DNA from: Candidatus Amesbacteria bacterium
GTDB lineage: Bacteria; Patescibacteriota; Microgenomatia; CAZETR01; Amesbacteraceae
Assembly (NCBI GenBank): GCA_027331445.1
Contig: DAHWUD010000001.1
Location: 43,157 to 107,156 of the forward strand
Reading direction: 5' to 3'
Length of the DNA stretch: 64,000 nucleotides
The position numbers and the translations under genes were made by a program. The notes under the pieces were generated by a model, which saw nothing but the letters and a program-made list of their open reading frames with translations, searched no databases and was not told the DNA's origin. Every line of letters starts with the position of its first letter. The stretch's first letter is position 1. Shown here in pieces: positions 29,391 through 38,835 of this stretch.

Positions 29391-30592
29391 CAAAAGAGAA
29401 GATTCTATTTGCCCCTATTCACTACTTCTATGGAAAAAACTACGGCAGCGAAATGATCTGTGCCCACGACATTTTTAGCCGTGTGGTCAAACTCCGCCCC
29501 AGGTCTTTAGCCGTCAGCCTTACAAAGCTCGACCAGGAAAACGATACCTCTCACCTTTTATATAAATATTCCATCCCCAAACCCTTTTTTCCGGGTCTAA
29601 TAGACAATTTCAAGTTGATTTTTTTTTATACACGGCACGGACTTTCGCGAATAAGAAAGCACCATTACTCGGTCATCCACCATGTTTTCCCTTTTCGTAT
29701 CGGCCGCACTTTTAATCCGTTGTTCGTTCTCCTTGGGAAAAATATCAACAAAGTAATTGGTCCGGTGATGGTATCAGTAAACTACCCTAATGAAGACCTC
29801 AAAAAAGATTCTTTTTTTGACCTGAACGAAAATCCCATTTCGGCTTTAACTATAAGAGTTCTTGACCCGTTTTTTTCAGTTCTCTGCAAAATGACACTCG
29901 ACAAAGCCAACACGGTGGTAGCTCTGAACGAAACCGCCAAAAGAGAATTAGTGGCCTACGGAGTGCCTTCTCAAAAAATAAAAATAATACCCATCGGCAT
30001 TGATACCCGGAAGTTTACTTACATCCCGTTAAAAGAAAAAGATCGAAAAAACTTTAATCTCCTGACTCTGGGATATCTGACCCGGCGTAAAGGAACAGAG
30101 CTTACTGTCAAAGCCTTGCAGTTGGTAAAAAGAGAATTCCCGAAGGTTCATTTGACCGTTATCGGAGATGGTCCCCAGCGCCGGGAGTTGGAAAATTTAT
30201 CCAGGGAGTTGGATCTGGCAAAAAATGTCACCTTCGCCGGGTTTGTAAATTATGAACGTTTATCACGGGAATATCAGAATTCACACCTTCTGGTCAGTAT
30301 GAGCCGGGCAGAAAGCTGGGGCCAGGTATATATCGATGCCATGGCTTGCGGGCTCCCCGTCATCACCAGCAGGAACGACGGTTCTAATGAAATAGTCATA
30401 AATGGAAAAACGGGCTATTTGGTTGATCAGGAAGACTATGCTTCACTGGCCCGAAAGATTATTAATCTGATTCAACACCCGAAAATTATGAATAGACTTG
30501 GCCACAATGCCAGGCTGGAAGTGGAAAGGAAATACGATTGGGATAAGGTAATTATCCCTGAATACTTGAATATTTACGATAATTTAAAGTGA
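29387..30592 (+). CDS. GT4 family glycosyltransferase
   Basis: LLTLGYLTRRKGTELTVKAL ... ESWGQVYIDAMACGLPVITSRNDGSNEIVINGKTGYLV; ATGA coupling. Confidence 0.7.
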   Translation: MTKEKILFAPIHYFYGKNYGSEMICAHDIFSRVVKLRPRSLAVSLTKLDQENDTSHLLYKYSIPKPFFPGLIDNFKLIFFYTRHGLSRIRKHHYSVIHHVFPFRIGRTFNPLFVLLGKNINKVIGPVMVSVNYPNEDLKKDSFFDLNENPISALTIRVLDPFFSVLCKMTLDKANTVVALNETAKRELVAYGVPSQKIKIIPIGIDTRKFTYIPLKEKDRKNFNLLTLGYLTRRKGTELTVKALQLVKREFPKVHLTVIGDGPQRRELENLSRELDLAKNVTFAGFVNYERLSREYQNSHLLVSMSRAESWGQVYIDAMACGLPVITSRNDGSNEIVINGKTGYLVDQEDYASLARKIINLIQHPKIMNRLGHNARLEVERKYDWDKVIIPEYLNIYDNLK

Positions 30593-30605
30593 CAGTGCTT
30601 CTTCG

Positions 30606-31373
30606 ATGAACGTAATTACTCACAGAGGACTGGAGCCCTCACAAAAAAACTTTCCTCCCGAAAGCAGCCTGGAGGCCTTTAAAAGTCATTTGGAGAGGGG
30701 ATTTGGCATCGAGTTTGACCCTTACTTTACGTCTGGAGACATACTGGTCACCCATAACTTGTCAAAACCCTCACCGTCATTGATTCAGGTTCTGAATTTG
30801 ATTAGAAAACAAGGAAATACGTCTCCCAACGCCTTGCATTTCAAAGGCAAATTTCAAACCTCAAAAAAAACGGATAAGCTACTTAAGATTCTGAGTCTAT
30901 ACCCGGATGTGGTGTCCGGTCTGATAATTTTTGATGTTAAACCGGAAATAGCTCCTATTATTAGATCAAAGTTACCTGCCGTCGGATTGGCTCCTTCAGT
31001 AGCTGATGAATATGACATATCTCGTTACAATTCAGCTGTGTCAGGAACATTACTTTCTGTTTCCGAAGCTATCAGATATAAATCGTATTACGATTGGGCT
31101 TGGCTCGATGAGTGGGACCTCCAAAAACCGGGCGGCCTAAGTAAAAAGTTCTATACTCAAAAAACCTTTTCAACATTAAGACGGGCTGGATATAAAATTG
31201 CGGCAGTCACCCCTGAGTTACATGGCACTTCCCCGGGACTTCTTGGCGGCGAGTTCCACCCAGATTCCCAAACATTACCAGGGCTTATGAAAAGAATTTC
31301 GGAAATCATTTCTCTGCACCCCGATTCCGTCTGCACGGATTATCCTGAGGAAGTTAAAAAACTTATTCTTTAA
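30606..31373 (+). CDS. glycerophosphodiester phosphodiesterase (GDPD/GP-PDE)-like protein
   Basis: MNVITHRGLEP...ESSLEAFKSHLERGFGIEFDPYFTSGDILVTHN matches the HRG...EN...E.D..L..DG..V..HD catalytic N-terminus of GDPD enzymes; C-terminal SVCTDYPEEV. Confidence 0.5.
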   Translation: MNVITHRGLEPSQKNFPPESSLEAFKSHLERGFGIEFDPYFTSGDILVTHNLSKPSPSLIQVLNLIRKQGNTSPNALHFKGKFQTSKKTDKLLKILSLYPDVVSGLIIFDVKPEIAPIIRSKLPAVGLAPSVADEYDISRYNSAVSGTLLSVSEAIRYKSYYDWAWLDEWDLQKPGGLSKKFYTQKTFSTLRRAGYKIAAVTPELHGTSPGLLGGEFHPDSQTLPGLMKRISEIISLHPDSVCTDYPEEVKKLIL

Positions 31374-32082
31374 AATTCGTTTCAAAAAATTTCACATCAT
31401 CCGGGGTTCCCATCTCCCACATGCTTGAAGCTACGGAAATTGAGAGTCGGTCCCCGCGTTCTATCAGTTGGTTATAAACAGGTGCGACATAGTATTCGTT
31501 GTTAACCTTTAATCCCTTTTTTATCATCTCTTCCGCTGCCCAAACAAAGTCTCTCCCGTGGGAAAAATAATAAGCTCCGACATTGGCATATTTTGAAATG
31601 GGTTTCTTTTCGGCGATTTCAACCACCCACCCTCTCTTATCGACCTTCGTAAAACTCCATTTGGGGTCATCGTCTTCAAAAACTAAAATAATTCCCTTGA
31701 CGTCTTTGGGTTTTTTGACGATATCCTCCTCAACGCTTGATTTATAATAGTGGTCAGTATCCATGATTAGCACGTCCTCATCATTATTTATTAAATCCCG
31801 GGCCAGTAATACCGTGCAGGCAGCACCCTCCGTTACATCCGGGGTATAAACAACCTTAATGTTTTTACCCAACAATTTACGCAGCTTGGTTACCAGGCCA
31901 TATTTATCTTCGTGATCTTTTCTTGCGATAAATATAAAATCTGAATGCGGGACCCAGGGAACTGATTCGATAGCTCTTTGTACCATTGGCTTGCCCATTA
32001 CCGGAATAAATGGTTTTGGAGTCGTTATCCCAGCCTTCAAAAATCTCGAACCTCTTCCGGCAATTGGCATGACTACCTTCAT
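31363..32082 (-). CDS. sugar-phosphate (or phospho-alcohol) nucleotidyltransferase, paralog 1
   Basis: VVMPIAGRGSRFLKAGITTPKPFIPVMGKPMVQRAIES - NTP_transferase G-loop; 239 aa; 3' end overlaps convergent + gene by 11 nt. Confidence 0.6.
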   Translation of the reverse strand: MKVVMPIAGRGSRFLKAGITTPKPFIPVMGKPMVQRAIESVPWVPHSDFIFIARKDHEDKYGLVTKLRKLLGKNIKVVYTPDVTEGAACTVLLARDLINNDEDVLIMDTDHYYKSSVEEDIVKKPKDVKGIILVFEDDDPKWSFTKVDKRGWVVEIAEKKPISKYANVGAYYFSHGRDFVWAAEEMIKKGLKVNNEYYVAPVYNQLIERGDRLSISVASSMWEMGTPDDVKFFETNFKE

Positions 32083-32870
32083 ACTTGCACCCTTCTTCCG
32101 ATATAGGCTAAAAATTGAACTAAATCTTCAATTGTCCCCATCCCATGCATAGACCTCGACTTTATGGGGAAAGTCGTCACGTAGCATCCATTCAATATCA
32201 TCTCATTATAAACCGGACATACGTAAAATTCTCCGTTTAGGGAGATGTTTTTTTCCAGCATGGAAAACGCGGATTTAACAAATTCTTTTCCACTTTCAAA
32301 ATAGTATATCCCGGCAGTCGCGTTCTGGGATATAACTTTCTTTTCCGCCGTCTCAATTACTTCCCCTTTTGAATTCGTTTTCGCATAGCTCCACCTGGGG
32401 TGCGATGATTCAAATGTCATTATCACTCCGTCCGCATTGGTTTTTCGGGAAAATAAAATAAACTTATTAATGTCCTCGTCAATATACTGGTCGGAATTTA
32501 CTATCATCAATTCGTCATCGCTGTCTATGTAATCAACCGCTGTTAGCACGGAACACAATGCCCCGCTCGTGGGCCTGACCAGCTTGACTGTCTTATAATT
32601 TCCTTCTGCTGAGACGTTGAATATCTCATACAGAGAGTACTTGTCATAATGTTCGTTTAAACACACAAAAATAAATCTGTGATTACATTTCGGTTTTACG
32701 TTTTCAATAACCCATTGAATCATCGGTTTTCCACCCACGTCAATCAAAGGTTTGGGAAAGGTGTAGCCGGCTTGAGCGAATGTTTTTCCACCACCAGCCA
32801 TGGGTATGACAATGTTCAACGTTTTTGATAATTTCACCCTAACCTCCTTCATATTTGTCTCCTTTAACAC
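32079..32870 (-). CDS. sugar-phosphate nucleotidyltransferase, paralog 2
   Basis: IVIPMAGGGKTFAQAGYTFPKPLIDVGGKPMIQWVIEN; shares EFYVCPVYNEMI / EYYVAPVYNQLI and GT.EDL / GTPDDV blocks with paralog 1. Confidence 0.6.
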   Translation of the reverse strand: MLKETNMKEVRVKLSKTLNIVIPMAGGGKTFAQAGYTFPKPLIDVGGKPMIQWVIENVKPKCNHRFIFVCLNEHYDKYSLYEIFNVSAEGNYKTVKLVRPTSGALCSVLTAVDYIDSDDELMIVNSDQYIDEDINKFILFSRKTNADGVIMTFESSHPRWSYAKTNSKGEVIETAEKKVISQNATAGIYYFESGKEFVKSAFSMLEKNISLNGEFYVCPVYNEMILNGCYVTTFPIKSRSMHGMGTIEDLVQFLAYIGRRVQV

Positions 32871-33162
32871 TGGGGATTTTTATAACCACATTTAAACCAG
32901 ATCTTAAGCAGCTAAACTTCACTTTTTCGCCGGGATTAACTTTAATAATTTGTCCGGGTGCAATATCCGCTTTGTTTATTCGGAAAAGGCCACTTGTCAC
33001 CACCGTGAATTCAGTAGCAACCTTGTGAAAGTGAGTTGGCTCTTCCTCCCCGGTTTTGTATTTTTTGATCGCAATCTCAAAGTGCTTGGTCTTAACCAGT
33101 GTCGGTTTAAAGTCTCCAATGAACCATCCCTTTTTAAACTTTTTGACGGAATATTTCTGCAT
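32839..33162 (-). CDS. small cupin-domain protein
   Basis: 107 aa; EEPTHFHKVATEFTVVTSGLF...PGEKVKF pattern typical of a single cupin barrel. Confidence 0.35.
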   Translation of the reverse strand: MQKYSVKKFKKGWFIGDFKPTLVKTKHFEIAIKKYKTGEEEPTHFHKVATEFTVVTSGLFRINKADIAPGQIIKVNPGEKVKFSCLRSGLNVVIKIPSVKGDKYEGG

Positions 33163-33167
33163 TCCTT

Positions 33168-33827
33168 TTACAGCAGCTTGTGCTTCTCCATCAATGTCAA
33201 ATTAACCTCATGGAATCCTTTCACTTCAATTACCCTGCCCCCCGATGCTTTTGCAGCTTTTATTCCATGAGGAGCATCCTCGATAATCACGGTTTCATTT
33301 GGTTTTACTTTCAAAATTCTGAAAGCAGCTAAATATATATCAGGAGCTGGCTTTGTTTTGTAACCTTCATCATTTCCTAACACCAGATCAAAAAAATGGT
33401 CTATTCCTGATCTTCTTAGCATATTTTCAACGGAATATTTTTGTGCGTTACTGCAGCATGCCAGTTTGTATCCCTTCCTCTTGAGGTGAGTAAGCATAAT
33501 CAGCTTTTCATAAGAAGGTCGACACTTATTTGACACCTCCTCTTCGGTATATCTTTTTTTAAGGGATTTAATAACCGGGTGAATGCCCCACGGAATTTCT
33601 CCCCTTTCGGATAAAATTTTCAACTTTTCTGTAGTCGGCAGACCATTGTAAACTTTCAGGTGTTCTTCTCTTCCAATTTCACTCCCGAATAACCTTAAAG
33701 CCCGATTTAAAGCTTCATAATGCCACTCGGTTGCATCCACCAACACCCCATCTAAATCAAACATGACCGCACTTGTCCGCATCAGACTCATTCTATAATC
33801 ATCACCAACAATATTCAACTTGCCCAA
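33168..33827 (-). CDS. HAD-superfamily hydrolase (subfamily IA, beta-phosphoglucomutase/phosphatase-like)
   Basis: AVMFDLDGVLVDATEWHYEAL (DxDG motif I), LACCSNAQ, VIIEDAPHGIKAAKASG (motif IV). Confidence 0.6.
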   Translation of the reverse strand: MGKLNIVGDDYRMSLMRTSAVMFDLDGVLVDATEWHYEALNRALRLFGSEIGREEHLKVYNGLPTTEKLKILSERGEIPWGIHPVIKSLKKRYTEEEVSNKCRPSYEKLIMLTHLKRKGYKLACCSNAQKYSVENMLRRSGIDHFFDLVLGNDEGYKTKPAPDIYLAAFRILKVKPNETVIIEDAPHGIKAAKASGGRVIEVKGFHEVNLTLMEKHKLL

Positions 33828-33877
33828 ATATCGGTTCTTAAGCTATTAAATAATCAAAAATAATATAGAATAATCTC
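33828..33877. promoter_or_regulatory. candidate divergent promoter region between minus-strand HAD/NT cassette and + strand genes
   Basis: 50-nt AT-rich spacer (…TTAAGCTATTAAATAATCAAAAATAATATAGAATAATCTC) between divergent start codons, contains TATAGAAT -10-like element. Confidence 0.2.
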
Positions 33878-35125
33878 ATGCTCGATCTTTCCGAGGTTAG
33901 CCATGTGATTGGCGCAAATCATTGGTCCGGGGAAATAAACCAGCTTTATCGTCCGTCTTCAATAGTGCCTTCGGAGTCTCAAAATATTGTCTATTTTTTT
34001 AATTCCCTCAGGTCGCCCAAGTACCTCCCTGTCGCCCTGAAAGAATGGTTCTCCTTGGTAAAAGTTACTGGTTACTTGGTTCTTGATTACAAAGAAGGAG
34101 AAGGACTTAGTTGGCAGACGATCGAAGAAAGCATGTGGTGGTTACACAAGGCCCAGTATACGATTGTTTATCACGATACAGTTGCTTGTTCCGCATTTAA
34201 ACCAGTTTCGGAAAAATCGCTTTTTGCCGAAATAAAATCATACTCAAATCGGAACGGATTTGCAGACACCCCTGTTTCCAAAGGCACACTAATGCGCTTT
34301 GTTTGCCAAAAGAACATTTCTTCTCAAATGCCCAGCGATTCAATTGACAAATGGTCGTTTGGAATCATATCCAACGGTCAACGTGATGATTGGACCGCAC
34401 AAATTATAACATCGATTAGAAAACAAAAAATCCCTCATTACGAAATATTAATTTGCGGTAGGTACGGCGGTGACGTCGGGAAAGATACGCGGATTATACC
34501 TTTTTCCGATCGGGACTCCCTGGGATGGATTACCAGGAAGAAGAATCTTCTAGCCCGGGCCTCCCGATATGAAAACCTTTGTCTCTTACACAACCGTATG
34601 TTGTTGGCGGACGGCTGGTATGAGGGCATGAAAAAATGGGGAAACACTTTTGAAGTATTAAACACCATTCAAACCCAAAAAATAAACGGTAAAAGAGGTA
34701 ATTCTTGGGAGGAAACAACCCTCGCCTTTTACCGAAAATTATCAATGTATACGCCGAGAACAATTTTTCATTTCACAGCAAATCTCGATTACAAAGATTG
34801 GGGTAAATACATTATGACCTATGGTCAGTCAATCATTATCAAAAGACGAATCGTGCTTCAGGTCCCGCTGAATGAAACATTATATTGGAAAACGCCGGAA
34901 GACCATTTGTTTTCGTATGACTTGGTTGATAGGGGTTATATTTTGCGTCTGAATCCTTTTAGCGAGCTGATAAATCTTGATTCAAAGAACTGGGGCACCG
35001 ATACTCACTTGTTGTTTTCGCCGACCTCTCGGGGGAGAGAATCTGGCCCATTAGTCAAGGTGGCTTTTAGGACAACCATTCTCTTTATATTATCTAGATT
35101 TAATAAATTGATTCTCAGGACGTAA
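33878..35125 (+). CDS. hypothetical protein, possible GT-A-like central domain
   Basis: 415 aa, soluble; region WSFGIISNGQRDDWTAQIITSIRKQKIPHYEILICG loosely resembles the start of a GT-A domain; no confident family. Confidence 0.3.
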   Translation: MLDLSEVSHVIGANHWSGEINQLYRPSSIVPSESQNIVYFFNSLRSPKYLPVALKEWFSLVKVTGYLVLDYKEGEGLSWQTIEESMWWLHKAQYTIVYHDTVACSAFKPVSEKSLFAEIKSYSNRNGFADTPVSKGTLMRFVCQKNISSQMPSDSIDKWSFGIISNGQRDDWTAQIITSIRKQKIPHYEILICGRYGGDVGKDTRIIPFSDRDSLGWITRKKNLLARASRYENLCLLHNRMLLADGWYEGMKKWGNTFEVLNTIQTQKINGKRGNSWEETTLAFYRKLSMYTPRTIFHFTANLDYKDWGKYIMTYGQSIIIKRRIVLQVPLNETLYWKTPEDHLFSYDLVDRGYILRLNPFSELINLDSKNWGTDTHLLFSPTSRGRESGPLVKVAFRTTILFILSRFNKLILRT

Positions 35126-35136
35126 AATCACTCAAA

Positions 35137-37311
35137 ATGAAACACCTTCTGCAAATATCCAAAAGGCACCTAACTGCTCTTAGTCTCATATTCCTGCTAA
35201 TTATAAATCTTATTGCTTACCATATCTGGTTTTTCGGTACCCCTATCCTTACAAGTGGTGACTGGTGGTTCGCTTACTCGGAGAGTACCCGGGAGTTATT
35301 GACAATCCCCCAACTCTGGACTGCCAACACAAATATCGGCTCTATCAGTCTCGCCCTGACCTTCGCGCCTAAGCTTCTGTTGAATGGGCTCTTGTCAGCC
35401 TACAACATCTCTCCCCAGCTTAACAATGAAATTACCTATCTATGGCCCACTGTGATCCTTTCTTCCATCGGTTACTATTTATTGGGAAAAAAGATCGTCG
35501 GCAGCCATATTGCCGGCATTTTTTCCTCCATCACCTTTTCCTTCAGTGTTATAAACATCGGAATCCGCAGTGGTCATCTTACGTTGGCTACCGCTCACGC
35601 GTTTGCCCCATTCGCACTTTTATGGCTAATCAAGGGTTTCCAGTCCAAAAAATATCAGGATTTCATCATCGCTGGGTTTTGGGGTTATCTGGTCAGTTTC
35701 AATGAGGTTAGGGCTTTTTATGTCTTAGCCATGGCCATGGGAATATGTTATTTATATTACACATTTATTATCGACAAGTTTAAAACAAGATGGGTAATCA
35801 AAAACACACTTTTGTTTGGGATGACTATGGGCATTGCTTTGTTGTTGAACGCGTATTGGTTATTGCCGTTTGCCCTTGTTACTCCTGAACCCAATAGCGG
35901 TTTCGAATTACTCGGTCGGACTTTGTTTGGCGGACCCAATTACAACATTTTGTATAGTTTCACTTCCTGGAACATCTGGTGGACCGGAAAACTACAAGCC
36001 TCCGCAGTTCAGCCTATCCCGATTTATTTTTGGATAATTCCATTTATAGCCTTTCTCGGGCTATTACTGCGCAAAAAGAACCAAAATGTCATATTGTTCG
36101 GACTAATCGCCTTGCTGGGAATGTTTCTTGGCAAGCAGGGAGGCGCCCCCTTTACCAACGTTTATCAATGGCTTTATTCTCATGTTCCTGGTTTTAACGC
36201 GTTTAGGGAAGCCAGCAAGTTCAATTTGTTAATCTTAACAGGATATTCAATAATGATCGGGGCCTTTTTAGATTGGTTATGGAAGAAGACCGTCGTCGCA
36301 CACCAAAAAAAATACCTGGGATTCGCCCTCATATTTTTACTGGGATTCATTTACCTATGGAACGCCAAACCGCTTATCACAGGCGAGATTGGTTCAATTT
36401 TTATTCCCAGACATATTCCACCCCAATATCTGAGTGTAAAATCTTATCTTCAGTCACAGCCTGGATACTTTAAAATTCTTTGGATTCCTACGATTTCGAG
36501 ATGGGGAATTTTTACCAACGACCACCCTTCTTTAAATACAATTGAATTAGTGCAAAGTGACTGGGATTATTTAATTTACAATTATGTTCATAACACCACC
36601 CGCGGCACTGATCAGGGAAAGTTACTATATTTCATCAACCGGTCCGATTTCTCAAACATTTTAAATGACTCATCAATAAAGTACATCATCGTCCCCCTAG
36701 TAGATACAGCCAATGATGATAATTTTTATGTTTACTATGGTAGAAGGGATAAATACATCGATCAGCTTGACCGCAAAGGCTATCTAAAGAAGATTAATAT
36801 CAATACGCCGGGAATTTCCATATATGAAAACACAACCTTTAGACCTCATTTCTACATCACCGCAGACACTCCTTCTCTGGATTCATCACAGCCATACAGC
36901 CCCGTCACATTTTATAGAGTGAATAGTACTCAATATGCGGTCGAGTTGACTAACGTCAGTGGCAAAGAGAGTCTTAACTTTTCGGAAAGGTTCCATCCTG
37001 ACTGGAAAGTCAGAGTTGGAAATTTCTCTTGGTGGCGGGCCATTCTGAGCAGGTCATACTTCCTGCCTGATCGGTTTCACTTCTCGGACGGAACCAGAAT
37101 GAACTCATTCACCATTGATCCTCAATACTTAATTAAAAACTACCCAGCTTCGGTGTCCACCAATCCCGACGGAAGTATAAATGTAAAATTGACTCTCTAT
37201 TTTAAACCTGAGGCCTATGTATACGTTGGCATGATTGTAGCCATGGCTACCTTTCTGGGCGGTGTCTGTTTTATAATATTTCAGAAGAGAAACAAACACG
37301 GCCATGGATAA
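35137..37311 (+). CDS. large polytopic membrane protein with C-terminal extracytoplasmic domain (paralog B of 26257..28467)
   Basis: 724 aa; HVPGFNAFREASKF, ILWIPT, IKYIIVPLVDTANDDNFYVYYG, NTPGISIYENTTFRPHFY, TNPDGSINVKLTLYFK shared with paralog A. Confidence 0.5.
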   Translation: MKHLLQISKRHLTALSLIFLLIINLIAYHIWFFGTPILTSGDWWFAYSESTRELLTIPQLWTANTNIGSISLALTFAPKLLLNGLLSAYNISPQLNNEITYLWPTVILSSIGYYLLGKKIVGSHIAGIFSSITFSFSVINIGIRSGHLTLATAHAFAPFALLWLIKGFQSKKYQDFIIAGFWGYLVSFNEVRAFYVLAMAMGICYLYYTFIIDKFKTRWVIKNTLLFGMTMGIALLLNAYWLLPFALVTPEPNSGFELLGRTLFGGPNYNILYSFTSWNIWWTGKLQASAVQPIPIYFWIIPFIAFLGLLLRKKNQNVILFGLIALLGMFLGKQGGAPFTNVYQWLYSHVPGFNAFREASKFNLLILTGYSIMIGAFLDWLWKKTVVAHQKKYLGFALIFLLGFIYLWNAKPLITGEIGSIFIPRHIPPQYLSVKSYLQSQPGYFKILWIPTISRWGIFTNDHPSLNTIELVQSDWDYLIYNYVHNTTRGTDQGKLLYFINRSDFSNILNDSSIKYIIVPLVDTANDDNFYVYYGRRDKYIDQLDRKGYLKKININTPGISIYENTTFRPHFYITADTPSLDSSQPYSPVTFYRVNSTQYAVELTNVSGKESLNFSERFHPDWKVRVGNFSWWRAILSRSYFLPDRFHFSDGTRMNSFTIDPQYLIKNYPASVSTNPDGSINVKLTLYFKPEAYVYVGMIVAMATFLGGVCFIIFQKRNKHGHG

Positions 37312-38137
37312 AGTATCGATAGTAGTCGCTACCTATAACGAATCGACAAACATCAAAAATCTCCTGTCCTCCTGCTTTTCTCAGAGTTACCCAAATATTG
37401 AAATTGTTCTGGTAGACAGCCTAAAGACGTCAGACTCAACCACTCAGATTGCCCGGAAGTTTACATCTCAGGTCTTCCGTTACGGGCAGGAAAGAAGCGT
37501 TCAAAGAAATTATGGCGCCCTAAAGGCATCTGGAAAATATTTACTGATTTTAGACGCCGATATGCAGATTGATTCTCATGTGGTAGTATCATGCCTTGAA
37601 GTCATCCGTAAACACCCCGACACCCAGGCCGTGATTATCCCTGAGCTATCAATTGGGGAAGGATATTGGGCTAAATGCAAAGCCCTAGAAAGAAACTGTT
37701 ATTTAGGCGACCCCTCAATTGAGGCGCCCAGATTTTTTAGTCGGTCTGCCTTTCTCAAGCTGGGAGGCTATAATCCCCGTATGATCTCCGGTGAAGATTG
37801 GGACCTGCATCGTCGATTCAAGAGAATAGGGGATATCGGCAGAATTTCAAACTTAATTTTTCACAATGAAGGTCGACTCAGCTTACTAAAGGATATCCAA
37901 AAGAAATTCTATTATTCACGAAAATCTTCTGCCTACATTGAATCCAACGTAACTGGAGTAAAGGGAATCTTTCTTTTCCTCTTTAGACCAGCCTTTGTCC
38001 GTAACTGGAAAAAACTATTGAGCGATCCTATCCACTTACCAGGGTTAATTGTTATGAAGTCACTTGAATTTTCAACGGGGGCAATTGCTATTGCCAGTCA
38101 AAGTGCCTTTTGGTCAAAATTATTTAGTTTTTCATAG
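37304..38137 (+). CDS. GT2 family glycosyltransferase
   Basis: VSIVVATYNESTNIKNLLSSCFSQSYPNIEIVLVDS...LLILDADM. Confidence 0.65.
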   Translation: MDKVSIVVATYNESTNIKNLLSSCFSQSYPNIEIVLVDSLKTSDSTTQIARKFTSQVFRYGQERSVQRNYGALKASGKYLLILDADMQIDSHVVVSCLEVIRKHPDTQAVIIPELSIGEGYWAKCKALERNCYLGDPSIEAPRFFSRSAFLKLGGYNPRMISGEDWDLHRRFKRIGDIGRISNLIFHNEGRLSLLKDIQKKFYYSRKSSAYIESNVTGVKGIFLFLFRPAFVRNWKKLLSDPIHLPGLIVMKSLEFSTGAIAIASQSAFWSKLFSFS

Positions 38138-38139
38138 CT

Positions 38140-38835
38140 ATGAAGAACCTCCTTCGAGAAACCCCGAATACCAACTTACATGGACGCCGCTTATACAGTG
38201 TCAACTTTGTTGCCGACAAAGACATTCGCTCAAAGAAAATTTTGGACATCGGCTGCGGATTTGGGTGGTGTGAGGTTAACTTCTTAAACCGCGGGGTTGG
38301 GGAAATTGTCGCCACCGAAATCTCCACAGCAGACTTGAATGCCATACGCTCTGGCCTTAAACATCCCAGGTTAAAAACCCGGGTGGCCAGCGCCCTGAAT
38401 CTCCCTTTTACAGCTAACATTTTTGACACGGTCGTTTGCTGGGAAGTCATCGAACACCTCCCCTTTCATACCGAAAATGAAATGTTCTCCCAAATATTTC
38501 GGGTTCTAAAACCCGGTGGCTCATTTTATCTGTCAACCCCGTTTGCCCATCCCATCTCCATGTTGTCAGATCCTGCCTGGTTATTAATTCATCATCGCCA
38601 TTATTCCCAGGAACAATTATCTTCTTACGGGAGACAACACGGCTTTATTACGGAAGAAGTTTTTACTCGCGGTCGGAATTGGGAAGCCATTTTCATCTTG
38701 GACCTATATTTTTCCAAGTGGTTCCTCCGTCACCCTCCGCTTCTTGGCGATTTTTTAGACCGTCGGATTGATATAGAATACAAACTACCGGGGTACATAG
38801 GCATTTTTGTAAAATATCGTAAACCATACAAATGA
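38140..38835 (+). CDS. class I SAM-dependent methyltransferase
   Basis: ILDIGCGFGWCEV, FDTVVCWEVIEHL, LKPGGSFYLSTP. Confidence 0.7.
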   Translation: MKNLLRETPNTNLHGRRLYSVNFVADKDIRSKKILDIGCGFGWCEVNFLNRGVGEIVATEISTADLNAIRSGLKHPRLKTRVASALNLPFTANIFDTVVCWEVIEHLPFHTENEMFSQIFRVLKPGGSFYLSTPFAHPISMLSDPAWLLIHHRHYSQEQLSSYGRQHGFITEEVFTRGRNWEAIFILDLYFSKWFLRHPPLLGDFLDRRIDIEYKLPGYIGIFVKYRKPYK

